64,000 nt of DNA. Origin: Gekko japonicus (lineage: Eukaryota). Position numbers and translations under genes: made by a program. Shown one piece after another: positions 1 to 11,401 of this stretch (the first letter of the stretch is position 1; every line of letters starts with the position of its first letter). The DNA is taken from contig NW_015163647.1 of assembly GCF_001447785.1 (NCBI RefSeq), positions 198,692-262,691 on the forward strand, in the 5' to 3' direction. The notes beneath the pieces were generated by a model. It was given only the letters and a program-made list of their open reading frames with translations. It had not been told where the DNA came from and searched no databases.

Positions 1-546
1 CCGGGCCAGCCTCCGCGGGCGGAGCTCCGGGCGGAAGGCGGCGCCAGGCGGGGCTGAGCTGAGCGCCAGGCGGCGGTGGCGGCGGCGGCGGAGGGGGCCG
101 GCGGCGCCTCCTTCTCCTCCCCCGGGCCAGCCTCCGCGGGCGGAGCTCCGGGCGGAAGGCGGCGCCAGGCGGGGCTGAGCTGAGCGCCAGGCGGCGGTGG
201 CGGCGGCGGCGGAGGGGACCCGTCCACCGAGCTCGGCCATGGCAGCCTCCTGCAAGCGGATCGCCATCTTCGGGGCCACCGGCATGACCGGCTCGGCCAC
301 CCTGGCGCAGGCCCTCGAGGCCGGTAAGGCGACCGCGGGGCGGGGGCGAGACACCAGACGGCGCCTTCCGGCCTGGGGGTTCGGGGCCCCGCTGGGACCC
401 GGAGCCGTCGGGGGTGGGGGGCTGGGCGCCCGGGAGGGGAAATCCCCCCGCTCGCCCCACCCCCCGAGTTATGACTGCGGGCGAAGGGGTGGCCCGCGCG
501 GGTAGCCTCGGCAGACGCTTTAAACCGGATTAAACTCAGGCTCAGG

Positions 547-577
<31 letters not shown>

Positions 578-720
578 GCGCCCTGCCCGGGAGCCCCCCC
601 CCCCGGCGCTGCCAGGCGCCCCCCGGGCTGCGTAAGGGCGGGAGGGCTGCCCGGGGAGCCCGGAGCCCTGCCGGGCGCTGATAAAGAGGAGGAGCGGCCT
701 TATCTGGGCCGGGCGCCTAC
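1..720. promoter_or_regulatory. CpG island / BLVRB promoter and 5'UTR
   Basis: Very high GC and CpG density, GGGCGG boxes around exon 1; (GCT)n microsatellite at ~549-576. Confidence 0.75.
239..323 (+). CDS. BLVRB: Flavin reductase / biliverdin-IXbeta reductase, coding exon 1
   Basis: gccATGG start; MAASCKRIAIFGATGMTGSATLAQALEA with Rossmann GxxGxxG motif; phase-1 donor G|gtaagg at 324; lies in a CpG island. Confidence 0.93.
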
Positions 721-3042
721 CTCTGCTGCAGCCCGATTGGGCACCGCGAGGCACACCCGAGAAGGGCTCTCAGCCCCTGCCGCACAGGCACACCCACACC
801 CACACACCCCCTGCCTTCCTTCCGCACCACCCCCTGGCCACTTAACTGCGTTGCCCCAACTCCCCAGGTGACGGTGGTGCCTGCAGGGCCCAGCCCCGGG
901 GTCAGGCCCTGCCCTCTGCCTCTTGCCAGGCCCCCAAGAGGGAGTGGGAGGCTGCCCCCAGAACACCAGGCACCCTTCCAGCTTGGCTCTTGGCGTGCGG
1001 GGGGGGGGATACTTCCTGGGCTGAGCCGCTGGCCCAGCACACGGGGGGGGGCTGGAGGAGCCCCCCAAGGGGCAGGGGGAGTCAGTGCCCCCGGGCACGT
1101 CTTTTACGCCAAAAGGCAAAACACCACTCAGGTGAGCAGGTCATAGTGACAGGAAAGGTGTCCCGCAGGGAGGCCAAATCCCTTCAAGGCAGGCCCGTAG
1201 CTGCAGCGGGGCGTCTCAGGGCCTGCCCCCTCCCCTCTGACTTCCATCCAGCCCCCAGGTCCCTCAGCTCTCTGGGCTGCCTGGAGGGGCTCCCCCCCCC
1301 TCCCCAAGCACGGCTGGCTTCCCTGCATAGGCAGGCAGAATGCGGACACGGCAAAAGTGAGTTTTTAAAATGCTTATCTTATTTTGTGGTGTCAGTGCCC
1401 CCTGTCTTATTTAACCCCCCCCCCCTCATGCACATGACCACGGAAACGTCTTCGGACAGCGCTGGCTCTTTGAAACGGAGATGAGCACTGCAACCCTAGA
1501 GTTGGATTCGACTGGCTTTCGAGGGAGGGAGCCTTGACCTTTACCCCCAAATTACAACCTCCTGGCTACAGGCCTGCTTCAAGGCCTTTTGAAGCAGCAG
1601 CCAAACAAAAGAAACCGACCCAAAGGCACACCCCAGCTCCAAAGAGAGGAGGTGCCTCAGCGGGAAAGCACCTGCTTTGCCCACACAAAGACCCGGGTTC
1701 GGTTTCTGGTCTCTCCGGTAAGTGGATCCCCGCAAGCCAAGGCGGAGAAAGATCCTTCCCTGCTTGGGACCTGAAGAGCCAGTTATAAGTGACAAACAAA
1801 GCGAGTTGGGCCCGGGTGTCCCTCACGGCAGGCGGGGGCCCCAAGGAGGCAGCCCACCCCCCCCCCCCTCCCCCCCCCCCCCTGCAGGTTTAGTTCCAGG
1901 CCTGCCTGCCGGATTATTCCATGAGAGAAACAACACTTCTTGTGCCCTCTCAGGGTGAGCCTCGGCAAAGCCACGTGTTGCTTTCCACTGCAGCCGACCG
2001 CTCTTTTCGGAAGGCGCCCCTGAACCAGTCTCACCCCCCCAGCCCAAGAGAGAAGCCCGCGGCCTCGGCTCCATCATTCTGCGTTAACACCCCCCTACCC
2101 CCCCCCCCCGCGTGAGTGTCCCTTCTGCTGTGAATCCTCCTCCCCAGGTTTTAACATTTGTATTTTGGCCATCAGGTCGCCGCTGACCTACAGTGACCTC
2201 ACAGGGTCTTCAAGGCAAGCGACGAACAGAGGGTGGTTTGCCATGGCCTGCCTCTGCGTAGCCACCCTGGACTTCCTTGGCGGTCTCCCACCCAAGGACT
2301 GACCAGGGCACTGACCCTGCTTAGCTTCCGAGACTAGACCAGAAGAGAAGAGACTGGATTTATACCCCCTGCCCTTCACTCGGGAGTCTCAGGGCGGCGC
2401 ACAAACTCCTTCCCTCCCCCACAACAGACACCCTGGGAGGCGGGTGGGGCTGAGAGAGCTCTTAACAGGAACTGCCCTTGAGAGAACAGCTCTGACAGAA
2501 CTATGGCTTGCCCAAGGTCATCCAGCAGCTGCGAGTGGAGGTGCAACTAACTCAGCTTAGAGGGAACACTGATGGTGGGGCTCTTTCTTGGTGGGGCTGC
2601 AAGTGGAGGAGGAGTGGGGAATCGAACCCAGTTCTCCCAGACGAGAGTCCGCAACACTTAACCACCACACCACACTGGCTCTCTGATCGGCCTAGCCTAG
2701 ACCACCAGGTCAGGCTGGGGACTCAGAGGGTGGTTTGCCTTTGCCTGCCTCTGCGTAGCAACCCTGGACTTCCTGGGTGGTCTCCCGTGGAAGGACTGAC
2801 CAGGACTGACCCTGCTTGTCTTCCAAGATCTGAGGAGATCAGGCTAGCCTGAGCCATGCAGGTGAGGGCAGAGAGAGAGAGAGAGAGAGGTGGTTTGCCA
2901 TGGCCTTCCTCTGCGTCCCTACCCTGATACTCCTGATATATGCAGACAGACTGACACGGCTGCCCATCTTGACCCTATTTATTTATTTATTCAGTTCACT
3001 CATACCCCACCTTGCTCCCCAGTGGGGACCTAAAGCAAAAAG

Positions 3043-3561
3043 CCCCCCCACTGTTGCCCCCCCCAAAAAACACCAAGAATACAGAGCATCACTTAACCCC
3101 AGAGTTCCTGTCTATACCTTGTGGCTAACAGCCACCGATGGACCTCTGCTCCATATGCTTATCCAGTTCCCTCTGGAAGCTGTCCACGCTTGTAGCCACC
3201 GCCACCTCCTGTGGCAGTGAATTCCATGTGTTCATCACTCTTTGGGTGAAGAAGAACTTCCTTTGATCCGTTCTAACCCAACCTCTCAGCAATTTCATGG
3301 AGTGCCCACAAGGAGTTCTTGTATTGTGAGAAAGGGAGAAAAGTACCTCTTTCTCTACCTGCTCTTTCCCAGGCATAATCTTATAAACCTCGATCATGTC
3401 ACCCCTCAGCTGTCGTTTCTCCAAGCGAAAGAAGCCCCAAGCGCTTTAACCCTTTCTTCATAGGGAAAGTGTTCCAACCCCTTGATCATTCTAGCTGCCC
3501 TTTTCTGCACTTTTCCCAATGCTGTAATATCCTTTCTGAGGTGTGGGGACCATAATTGCAC
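3043..3561 (-). mobile_element. CR1 LINE 3' fragment
   Basis: ORF 3125-3424: KRQLRGDMIEVYKIM...GHSMKL...FFTQRVMNTWNSLP. Confidence 0.88.
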
Positions 3562-3710
3562 TCCATTCTGTCTTCACAACAACGACCCTATGAGGTAGGG
3601 CTGGGTGGCAGGTGTGTGACCAGCCCACGATCACGCAGCCAGCTTCCACGTCGGAGTGGGGATGTTGAACCCAGGTCTCTCATCCCCTGGTCCCCGCCCT
3701 CTCTTTCCAG

Positions 3711-3872
3711 GCTACCAGGTGACGGTGCTGGTGCGGGACCCCGTCCGCCTCCCCCCGGAGCTCCAGCCGGCACACGTCATCGTGGGGGACGTGCTGAACC
3801 CGGAGGACGTCGACCGGGCTGTGAAGGGCCAAGACGCCGTGATCGTCATTCTGGGCACCCGCAACGACCTGA
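3711..3872 (+). CDS. BLVRB: BLVRB coding exon 2
   Basis: Acceptor ctctttccag|; [14 protein letters not shown]...GDVL...[18 protein letters not shown]; donor A|gtacga; phase 1-1. Confidence 0.95.
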
Positions 3873-3980
3873 GTACGAGAGGCGCAGTCTCCCCCCACCC
3901 CCCGGCACCCCCAGCCCCAGTCCCCCACCCCACCCCCCCAGGCTTTCCTGACTGTCTCCCTTCCGTCCGTTGCTCCTCAG

Positions 3981-4070
3981 GCCCCACCAACATGATGTCT
4001 GAGGGCACCCGGAACATCGTGGAAGCCATGAAGGCCCACGGGATCCGCAAGGTGGTGGTCTGTCTCTCAG
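3981..4070 (+). CDS. BLVRB: BLVRB coding exon 3
   Basis: Acceptor tgctcctcag|; [30 protein letters not shown]; donor G|gtgagc. Confidence 0.95.
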
Positions 4071-4500
4071 GTGAGCCCCCCTCCGAGAAGTCCTCGGGGC
4101 CCGGCCAGCCGCATTTCCTTGGGGCCGGGCGGCCCCTTCCAGTGCGCCCGCGGCACTCCAGTCCTGGGTGGAGCCAAAGCAAGCGGGGCTTAGAAACACT
4201 CTAAACTCTGAACGGGGCTGAACATGTCGATGAGATTCCTGTTCTGCAGATGACGGGACAGTCACTTCCAGGCGGCGGGATTTGCATTCAGTTCCCTAAG
4301 GTCCTAGTGCTGTCTTTCGCCTCGCGTGCCCTGCCCCTGTCACGCTTCACTGTGGTCATGCTTAGGTTTCTCTTAATGTGTCTCACGTGGGGGGGTGTCA
4401 CCCAAGTCACAGCACCGGTGCGGGGGGCGGGCTGTCCCACGGCAGGGTGCCCTGGGGGAGGGGAGAGCCAATAACCAGGCTTTTCGTGCTTCTGACCCAG

Positions 4501-4632
4501 CGTTCCTGATGTGGGATCTGGAGAAGGTCCCTGCCAAGTTGCGGCCGCTGACCGAGGACCACATACGAATGCAGCAGATCCTGAAGGAGTCGGGGCTGGA
4601 CTGCGTCTACGTGATGCCCCCCCACATTGCAG
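4501..4632 (+). CDS. BLVRB: BLVRB coding exon 4
   Basis: Acceptor tctgacccag|; AFLMWDLEKVPAKLRPLTEDHIRMQQILKESGLDCVYVMPPHIA; donor G|gtgtgg. Confidence 0.93.
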
Positions 4633-4871
4633 GTGTGGCTTGGGGGGGGGGGCTGCACTGGGTCGTCTGGAGATCAGTTGCAATAACACGTCTCCAGGTG
4701 CCACCTATAGGTTGGCAACCGAACTTGTGTAGGTTATGAAACTACATGAGAAGACACTGATTCACACGTACGCGAATGCTTACAATCATTTGCCTGTACT
4801 GATTAGTTTCAGTTTCCACAAAGTTGGGGCTGGATTCCCATTCATGGCCAGATGCAGGATTTAACTTTGTG

Positions 4872-5506
4872 TAGAGATGCAGAGGCCCGGAAAAAAAACT
4901 AGGAAAATTCGGGGGGGGAAACCCCCCCCCCCGCTTTTTTCCTGAAGCCTTTTTTGTTTTTTTCCGAAAAATTGGAAAAAGAAAAGAAAAGAAATTGATT
5001 ATGGAACGTTTTATTTTAACATGATGAATAAAATATTTTAAGACAAGGTGTTCAGATATTTTCCAAATCATTTCTAAAAAATATGTATAGTATCAGATTG
5101 ATCTAATTTCTGTGCACTGAGGACAAGCAAGTCCTAGGCTACCAACTGAACTCTCCAATGCAAGAACAAGATTCATTTCTTCCTTTAGGAGGTGCTATTG
5201 CCACAAGAAAAAGGTTTCAGGTTGGGTTTTTTTGCATGCGGGTGGGTATTCTGTTTGTAATAATTGTTTGGATACACTATATTTTAATATGCTAGTTGTG
5301 ATAATTTCATGCCAAGTAAAAATGTCCATAGTCATATTTTATGTTCCTAAAGTAACAGAATGACTTTCAATCTAGAAAAGACAAAAGAAATGCTAATGTA
5401 GCATTTTTTTCAATTTTTCTGAAAATTTCCGTTTTTCCCCGAAAAAAAACGGGAAAAAATGGGTTTTTTTTCAAGCTTCAAAATTTCCGGAAATTTTACA
5501 TCTCTA
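4872..5506. mobile_element. Non-autonomous hAT-type DNA transposon (635 bp)
   Basis: TIRs TAGAGATG...CATCTCTA; perfect 8-bp TSD ACTTTGTG (4864-4871, 5507-5514). Confidence 0.85.
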
Positions 5507-6291
5507 ACTTTGTGAACTTCCTCTCCTGGCCGGCAGTCCCCTTTCTAGTGGTGAATCGAGGGCAAATCTAGTTAAAACTTGGTTCTGCTCAGTTTGGATT
5601 TTTGTGTCCCATGTTTTTAGGAAGGGTGAATTTTTACCAGATGAGATGATGGGCAACACTACTCCCTCTAAGCTGTGGAGTCCTGTGAGGAAAAATTCTA
5701 CTTTGTGAGCTGCTGGCATTAAAGTTGTGAGCCAGCTATTTGGCTGCTGCATAAATTAGTTTGCTCTGGAGCCATCCTTCCTGAGCTAAGACAAAAAATG
5801 TGGGAGCTGAAGGCTAAAAAACTGTGAGCTAGCTCACATGAAAAGAGAAGAGATTGGATTTATACCCTGACCCTTTACTACCCAAAGGAGTCTCAGAGTG
5901 GCTCACAAACTCCTTTCCCTTCCCCTCCCCACAACAGACACCCTGTGAGGTAGGCGGGGCTGAGAGAGCTCTGACAGAAACTGCTCTTTTTCAAGAATAG
6001 CTCTGACAGAACTATGGCTTGCCCAAGGTCATCCAGCAGCTGCGAGTGGAGGTGCAACCAACTCAGCTTAGAGGGAACACTGATGGTGGGACTCTTTCTT
6101 GGAGGCCTCATACAGCAGTCTCAGATACCTCGGGGTATTGAGAAGACAAAACAGAGGAAAAGGGCAATAAACGCCAAAAGTGGCAATGAAATGGAATTTG
6201 CCAGTTGAAGAGCCGACACTCATGGTGCATGGAGTCCATGCCGGGTGCCTGTGGTTTCCCCGCGTCCAACTGGTCTTCTCTCCTTTTCCAG

Positions 6292-6455
6292 GGGACCAGC
6301 CGCTCACAGGGGACTACACGGTGACCGTGGACTCGTCGGGGGGCTCCCGAGTCATCTCCAAGCACGACCTTGGGCACTTCTTCCTCAAGTGCCTGACCAC
6401 CGCCGAGTATGATGGGAAAAACGTCTACCTGTCGAGGCATTACCCCAAGGAGTAG
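6292..6455 (+). CDS. BLVRB: BLVRB coding exon 5 (terminal); spliced CDS 633 nt = 210 aa
   Basis: Acceptor tccttttccag|; [12 protein letters not shown]...[30 protein letters not shown]...TAG. Confidence 0.95.
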
Positions 6456-6855
6456 TGCCACAGCCGCCCCCGCCTTCCTCTAACCGGGATGGAGACTGGA
6501 GAGCGGTCTCCTTAGCAGAGGGGGGAACTCTTAACTTTCTGCTGTGGCCTGTCCAGCCGTCCGCTTCCCCCCCAGCCCTTGGCCTTTCCACCTTGGGAGT
6601 GTCTTGTGGCTGCAAAACCTCACTGCGTGGTGCTGTGGCCCAGCAGTGGCTCCCGTCCGGCCTCACGCAGAGCGCCTTCCCTGCTTGCCTTGGGGAGCTG
6701 GCTGCCTGCAGCTCTCATCTACCCCCCCTCCCTTTCTGTCCCTGTCCCCCCTTCCCCNNNNNNNNNNNNNNNNNNNNNNNNNNNNNNNNNNNNNNNNNNN
6801 NNNNNNCCGCCCTCCCAGGCTTACATACTTGGCTTGTGTACCAGGCAGTGGGAGT

Positions 6856-6861
6856 ATTAAA
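6856..6861 (+). terminator. Candidate BLVRB polyadenylation signal (ATTAAA)
   Basis: ATTAAA about 400 nt after the stop codon, followed by GT/T-rich sequence. Confidence 0.55.
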
Positions 6862-8025
6862 GATCGCCTGTTTTCTGTGGCTCAAGCATTGCTGTGTCGA
6901 CTTCTTCACCTTAACCCTCGCCTGGTCCCCTGGGGACTCCCTCCTCCCGGCGTATCTCCCTCCTCCTGCAGTCCAAAGCGGGCTCGATCTGGGCCTGGGT
7001 CTCTGAGCTTTGCCTCCAGCCTGAGTCCTGATGGGAGAGGGGACACACAGCAAGATTTGGGGGCTGCAAAATGGAATCCAGGGCTGTCACTGTTGTTAAC
7101 AGAACGCCCGGCAAGAAGGGACAATCAGGCCTGTAGCTGCTGTGGGGCTTTTGGAGGGCTCCACCCCCTTTCTTAAAAGGCACAACCCCACAAGAATTTC
7201 TCCTGTAAATGCTTTTTTCCAAACGTTTTTTAAAGGCCTGTGCTCCTTTAAGCAGAGTGGGGTGCTGCAGTTGACTAATTCCTGCATTGAGTTAGGGGGT
7301 TGGAGTAGGTGACCTCCAGGGACCCTTCTAACTGTGTCAAGAAACTGGTCTCCTTTCAGAGAGTTTTTCTGCCTCCTAGTTGTGAGCTTTCTTGACCGCA
7401 GAAGTCCTCACCCCCTCCTGCCGGCTTGCTATCAGAATTGTTGCTTAGGCTGGCAGAAGGGATTAACTTGCAGCCGCTGAGAACAGCCATCTAAAGCAGC
7501 TGACAGCTTGTCATTTAGAGATCTCTCCTGGTAGAGAGCTTTCTGTTGGCTACGTGGCTCTTATTTCTGCACTGAGGACTTCAGCCCCACCAGGAGGGGA
7601 AAACTGCCACAAAAGCCTGGCTAGGGGTGTGGGCGTGAGGGAGAAGTTTGAGGGACGCTCCCCCATGCGCCAGGCACTGGTCGCAACCCAAGGGAGGAAA
7701 GAAGCCGGTCAGGTCAGAACGTCACTCTGGGCTGGGCTATTGGCTTGGGGGCAGAGGAGCTGGGGGTGCCAGGCAGGTCTGTCTTTGGGCTTCAGTCTCT
7801 CTGACTGCTCCCTTCCCCCACCTTCTGCTGGCCTGAGGAGGAGCCCACCCCTGTGTGTGTCTTGGCCATGGCCCTCTACCCCCTGGTGCCAAAGGATTCT
7901 ATGCCGACCACCACCACCCCGTTACCCCCCCCCCCCGGCAGGCGTGGCTGGCTGACAGCTTGATGCTCAGGAGCTCTGTGTCGGGCCTGTCCCCACCTGA
8001 GGGCGCCCTTCTCTGTTGCCAGGAC

Positions 8026-8433
8026 TAGAGATGTAAAATTTCTGGAAATTTTGAAGGTCGGAAAAAAACCCGGTTATTTCCCTGGAAAAAAACGGAAATT
8101 TTCAGAAAAATCGAAAAAAACCGCTACATTAGCACTTCTTTTTTCTTTTCCAGATTGAAAGTCATTCTGTTACTTTAGGAACATAAAATATGACCATGGA
8201 CATTTTTACTTGGCATGAAATTATCACAAGGAGCATATTAAAAATATAGTGTATCCAAACAATTATTACAAACCGAATACCCACCCGCATGAAAAAACAA
8301 AACTTGAAACCTTTTTTCCTTTTCTTGTGACACTAGCACCTCCTAAAAGAAGAAATGCATCTTGTTCTTGCATTGGAGAGTTCAGTTGGTAGCCTAGGAC
8401 TTGCCAATTTTTCCCCAGGCCTTCACATCTCTA
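8026..8433. mobile_element. Internally deleted, inverted copy of the same hAT element
   Basis: Same TIRs; perfect 8-bp TSD GCCAGGAC (8018-8025, 8434-8441); reverse complement of ~5125-5506. Confidence 0.85.
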
Positions 8434-9199
8434 GCCAGGACCCCGAGGGGGCATCCTTGCCCCGTTGCCCCCTCCCGTTTGCCAGGCCACTCACCCCTGG
8501 GGTGGCGCCCTCCCTCGGCTGCTGCAGCACTGCTGCGCCGGAGGTGCCCTGGCTTCGCTCGGTGGCCGGCTGGCCTCTCTCCTGCAATGCCCCTTCCCCG
8601 GCCGGGGCCCAAGGCCGCGCGCACCGCAGAGCGCCAGCAGGGGAGGGGAGGGGAGGGGGGGTGCCAGAAGCGGGGCGCGCGGCCTTGGCCCCCGCAAAAG
8701 GCTGCTCCTCCTGCACACCCCCCCCCCCCTCCGGTCACGAGCCCTCCTGACGCCGCCTCGGCCAGGAAGGAGCCGCGCCTCCAGGGCCAGAGCCGAGGGC
8801 AGCCGTCCCCTCTGCCTTGCACGCCAACGGACCGGCCGGGGTGGTGGTTTCCCGGGGTGCCGGGGTTTTGTTAAAAAGGGGCTTAAAAAGAAAGAGCCGG
8901 GTTGGAGTCCCCGCTCCTCCTCCTCCTCCACGTGCAGCTGCTGCTGGTGTGTCCTTGGGTCAGTGACAAGTTCTCTCGGAGCGGTTCTCTCCGGCGCAGT
9001 CCTCGAGAGAGCTCTCTCGGCCCCGCCTACCTCACAGGGGGTATCTGTGGTGGGGAGGGGAAGGAGATCGCGAGCCGCTCTGGGACTAGTCCTTCGGGTA
9101 GTGAAGGGCCTTGGGGTAGGCAAGGCAAGGCAAGGCGGCCGGGGTTGGGGCGGCAGCGGCGTGTTGGGCCAAAGAGCAAGAGCGCCCCTAGGCGCGTGC

Positions 9200-9433
9200 A
9201 GAAAGCCCCTCCGCGCAGCTCGGGCGCAGGTTGGGGACGGCGCGCCTCAGCCAATCGGGGCCGGGCAGGGGCGTGGCCTCCGGGGAGCGCCGGCCTCCTC
9301 CTCCTCCCCCCCCGCAGTGACGTCGACGGGCTCGCTCCTCCCCTCCGATGCAGATGAGGGCGCCCGGGCGAGCCCCGCGATTGGCTGCCTCCGCCCACGC
9401 CTGGCGAATGTAGCCGGGCTCCGGCGGCCGAGA
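9200..9433 (+). promoter_or_regulatory. SERTAD1 CpG-island promoter (non-coding first exon probably in gap 9434-9754)
   Basis: CCAAT 9251-9255 and ATTGG 9380-9384, GGGGCGTGGC 9268-9277, CRE-like TGACGTCG 9318-9325, EGR site CCGCCCACGC 9391-9400. Confidence 0.65.
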
Positions 9434-10557
9434 NNNNNNNNNNNNNNNNNNNNNNNNNNNNNNNNNNNNNNNNNNNNNNNNNNNNNNNNNNNNNNNNNNN
9501 NNNNNNNNNNNNNNNNNNNNNNNNNNNNNNNNNNNNNNNNNNNNNNNNNNNNNNNNNNNNNNNNNNNNNNNNNNNNNNNNNNNNNNNNNNNNNNNNNNNN
9601 NNNNNNNNNNNNNNNNNNNNNNNNNNNNNNNNNNNNNNNNNNNNNNNNNNNNNNNNNNNNNNNNNNNNNNNNNNNNNNNNNNNNNNNNNNNNNNNNNNNN
9701 NNNNNNNNNNNNNNNNNNNNNNNNNNNNNNNNNNNNNNNNNNNNNNNNNNNNNNCCAGGGCCGGGGGGGCGGAGGGGGCGGGGGGGGGGGCCGCCGTGCA
9801 AGGCTGTCGTGCGCACGAGAGACCTCCCTCGGAGGCGAGGGGGGCGAACATCATCTCTCTCCGCCATGCATTGGGGTGGGGGTGGGACCTGGGCTCGGCT
9901 GCGCGCCTCCTTGCCCCGCTCCAGCGGAGGGGGGGAGGCGGCGGGAGGACGGGCCTCCCGGGGCCCCTTGGCGCACCGCTCCGGCTGAACGTCATTGGCC
10001 GCAAAAAGCTGGACAGCTGGTGACTCGGCAGCTTGCAAGCCACCTTTTCCTTGCTTTTAAATGACCGGTGGGGGGGGGAGGAGGAGGAGAGTGACCCTCC
10101 CCGCCTCTAAAAAGAGCCGCCCTCTGCAACACAGGGGGATGCAACCCTCGCCCAGGTGAAAGGTGTGTTCCTGGGAGCCCGTGCTCCCTCTAAGCTGTGG
10201 GGTCTGGTGAGCAAAAAATCCACCTTGCGAGCTACTGCTGGCATCGAAGCTCCATCAATTAGTCTGCTCTGGAGCCCCGTCCTTCCTGAGCTGAGGCAAA
10301 AATGTGTGAGCCGGAGGCTTAAGAACTGTGAGCTGGCTCACACTCACTCAGCTTAGAGGGAACGGCTGAGAACTCTGCAGAGTCCTTGTGTGTGTGTGTG
10401 GGGGGGTGATGGCTGCCCCTCTGAGTGAGGTCACCTGATGTGATGTGGGGGGGGGAGTTTTCCTTCTCAGGGGCAGGGATCAGAGCCCCCCCCCCTCTCT
10501 AGCAGTTGCTCACCTGCCTGGCCATTCTGACCCCTCCCTCCCCCCCCCTCCAGGACG

Positions 10558-11401
10558 ATGCTGGGCAAAAGCCGGAAGCGCAAGCGGAGCGAGGAGGAGG
10601 AGGGGGAGGAGGCGGGGCCTGCCTCGGCCACGCCCTCCAGCGCCCTCTTCAGCATCTCCGTCTCCAAGCTGCACCAGAGCCTGCAGCGGGGGGAGCCAGA
10701 CCTCCGCCACCTTGCTGGGCAAAAGCCGGAAGCGCAAGCGGAGCGAGGAGGAGGAGGGGGAGGAGGCGGGGCCTGCCTCGGCCACGCCCTCCAGCGCCCT
10801 CTTCAGCATCTCCGTCTCCAAGCTGCACCAGAGCCTGCAGCGGGGGGAGCCAGACCTCCGCCACCTGGTCCTGGTGGCCAACACCCTCCGGCGCCTCCGG
10901 GACGCGACGGAGCCCTCCGCCCCCGGGCCACAGCCGCCTCCGGGCAGGGGGTCCTGGCTGGACGACAGCGACCGGGGTCCTGGCGGGAGACCTCCCCCCT
11001 TGCTGCCGCCCCCCCTCGCCCCTGTGGACCAGCTCCTGCTGTCGGACATGGACGCCTCCGTCTTCTCCTCGATTCTGGAGGATTTGACCAGCACGGACGG
11101 CTTCAGCAACCCCCTGCGCCCGCCGGAGGCCCAGCCCGAAGACCGGCTGCTGTGCGGGCTGAGCCCGGAGCCCGGAAGGACAGCGCAGCCGGGCCTCGGC
11201 CCCCTGGAGCTCCTGGACCCCGGGGGGGCCCTGCTGGAGGAGGGCCTGGACAGCGTTTTCGAGGACATCGACACCTCCATGTACGACTGCGACCCCTGGG
11301 CCCCCGGCAAGGAGGCCTGCCCCGGCACCCAAGCGGCCAGGCAGGAGCTGGCGGACTTGGACTACCTCCTGGACGTCCTCGTGGGAGCCGAGGCGTTGTG
11401 A
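10558..11401 (+). CDS. SERTAD1: SERTA domain-containing protein 1 (TRIP-Br1); 229 aa after removing one copy of a 154-bp duplication that frameshifts the assembled sequence
   Basis: Acceptor ccctccag|gacgATG; MLGKSRKRKR...SALFSISVSKLHQSLQRGEPDLRHLVLVANTLRRL (SERTA domain); LDSVFEDIDTSMYD and LDYLLDVLVG motifs; syntenic position. Confidence 0.88.

Noticed and set aside
8465-10043. Long ORFs spanning N-runs (also near 27600-28370 and 55560-56340)
   Set aside because: Length is inflated by gaps and GC content; no coding signal
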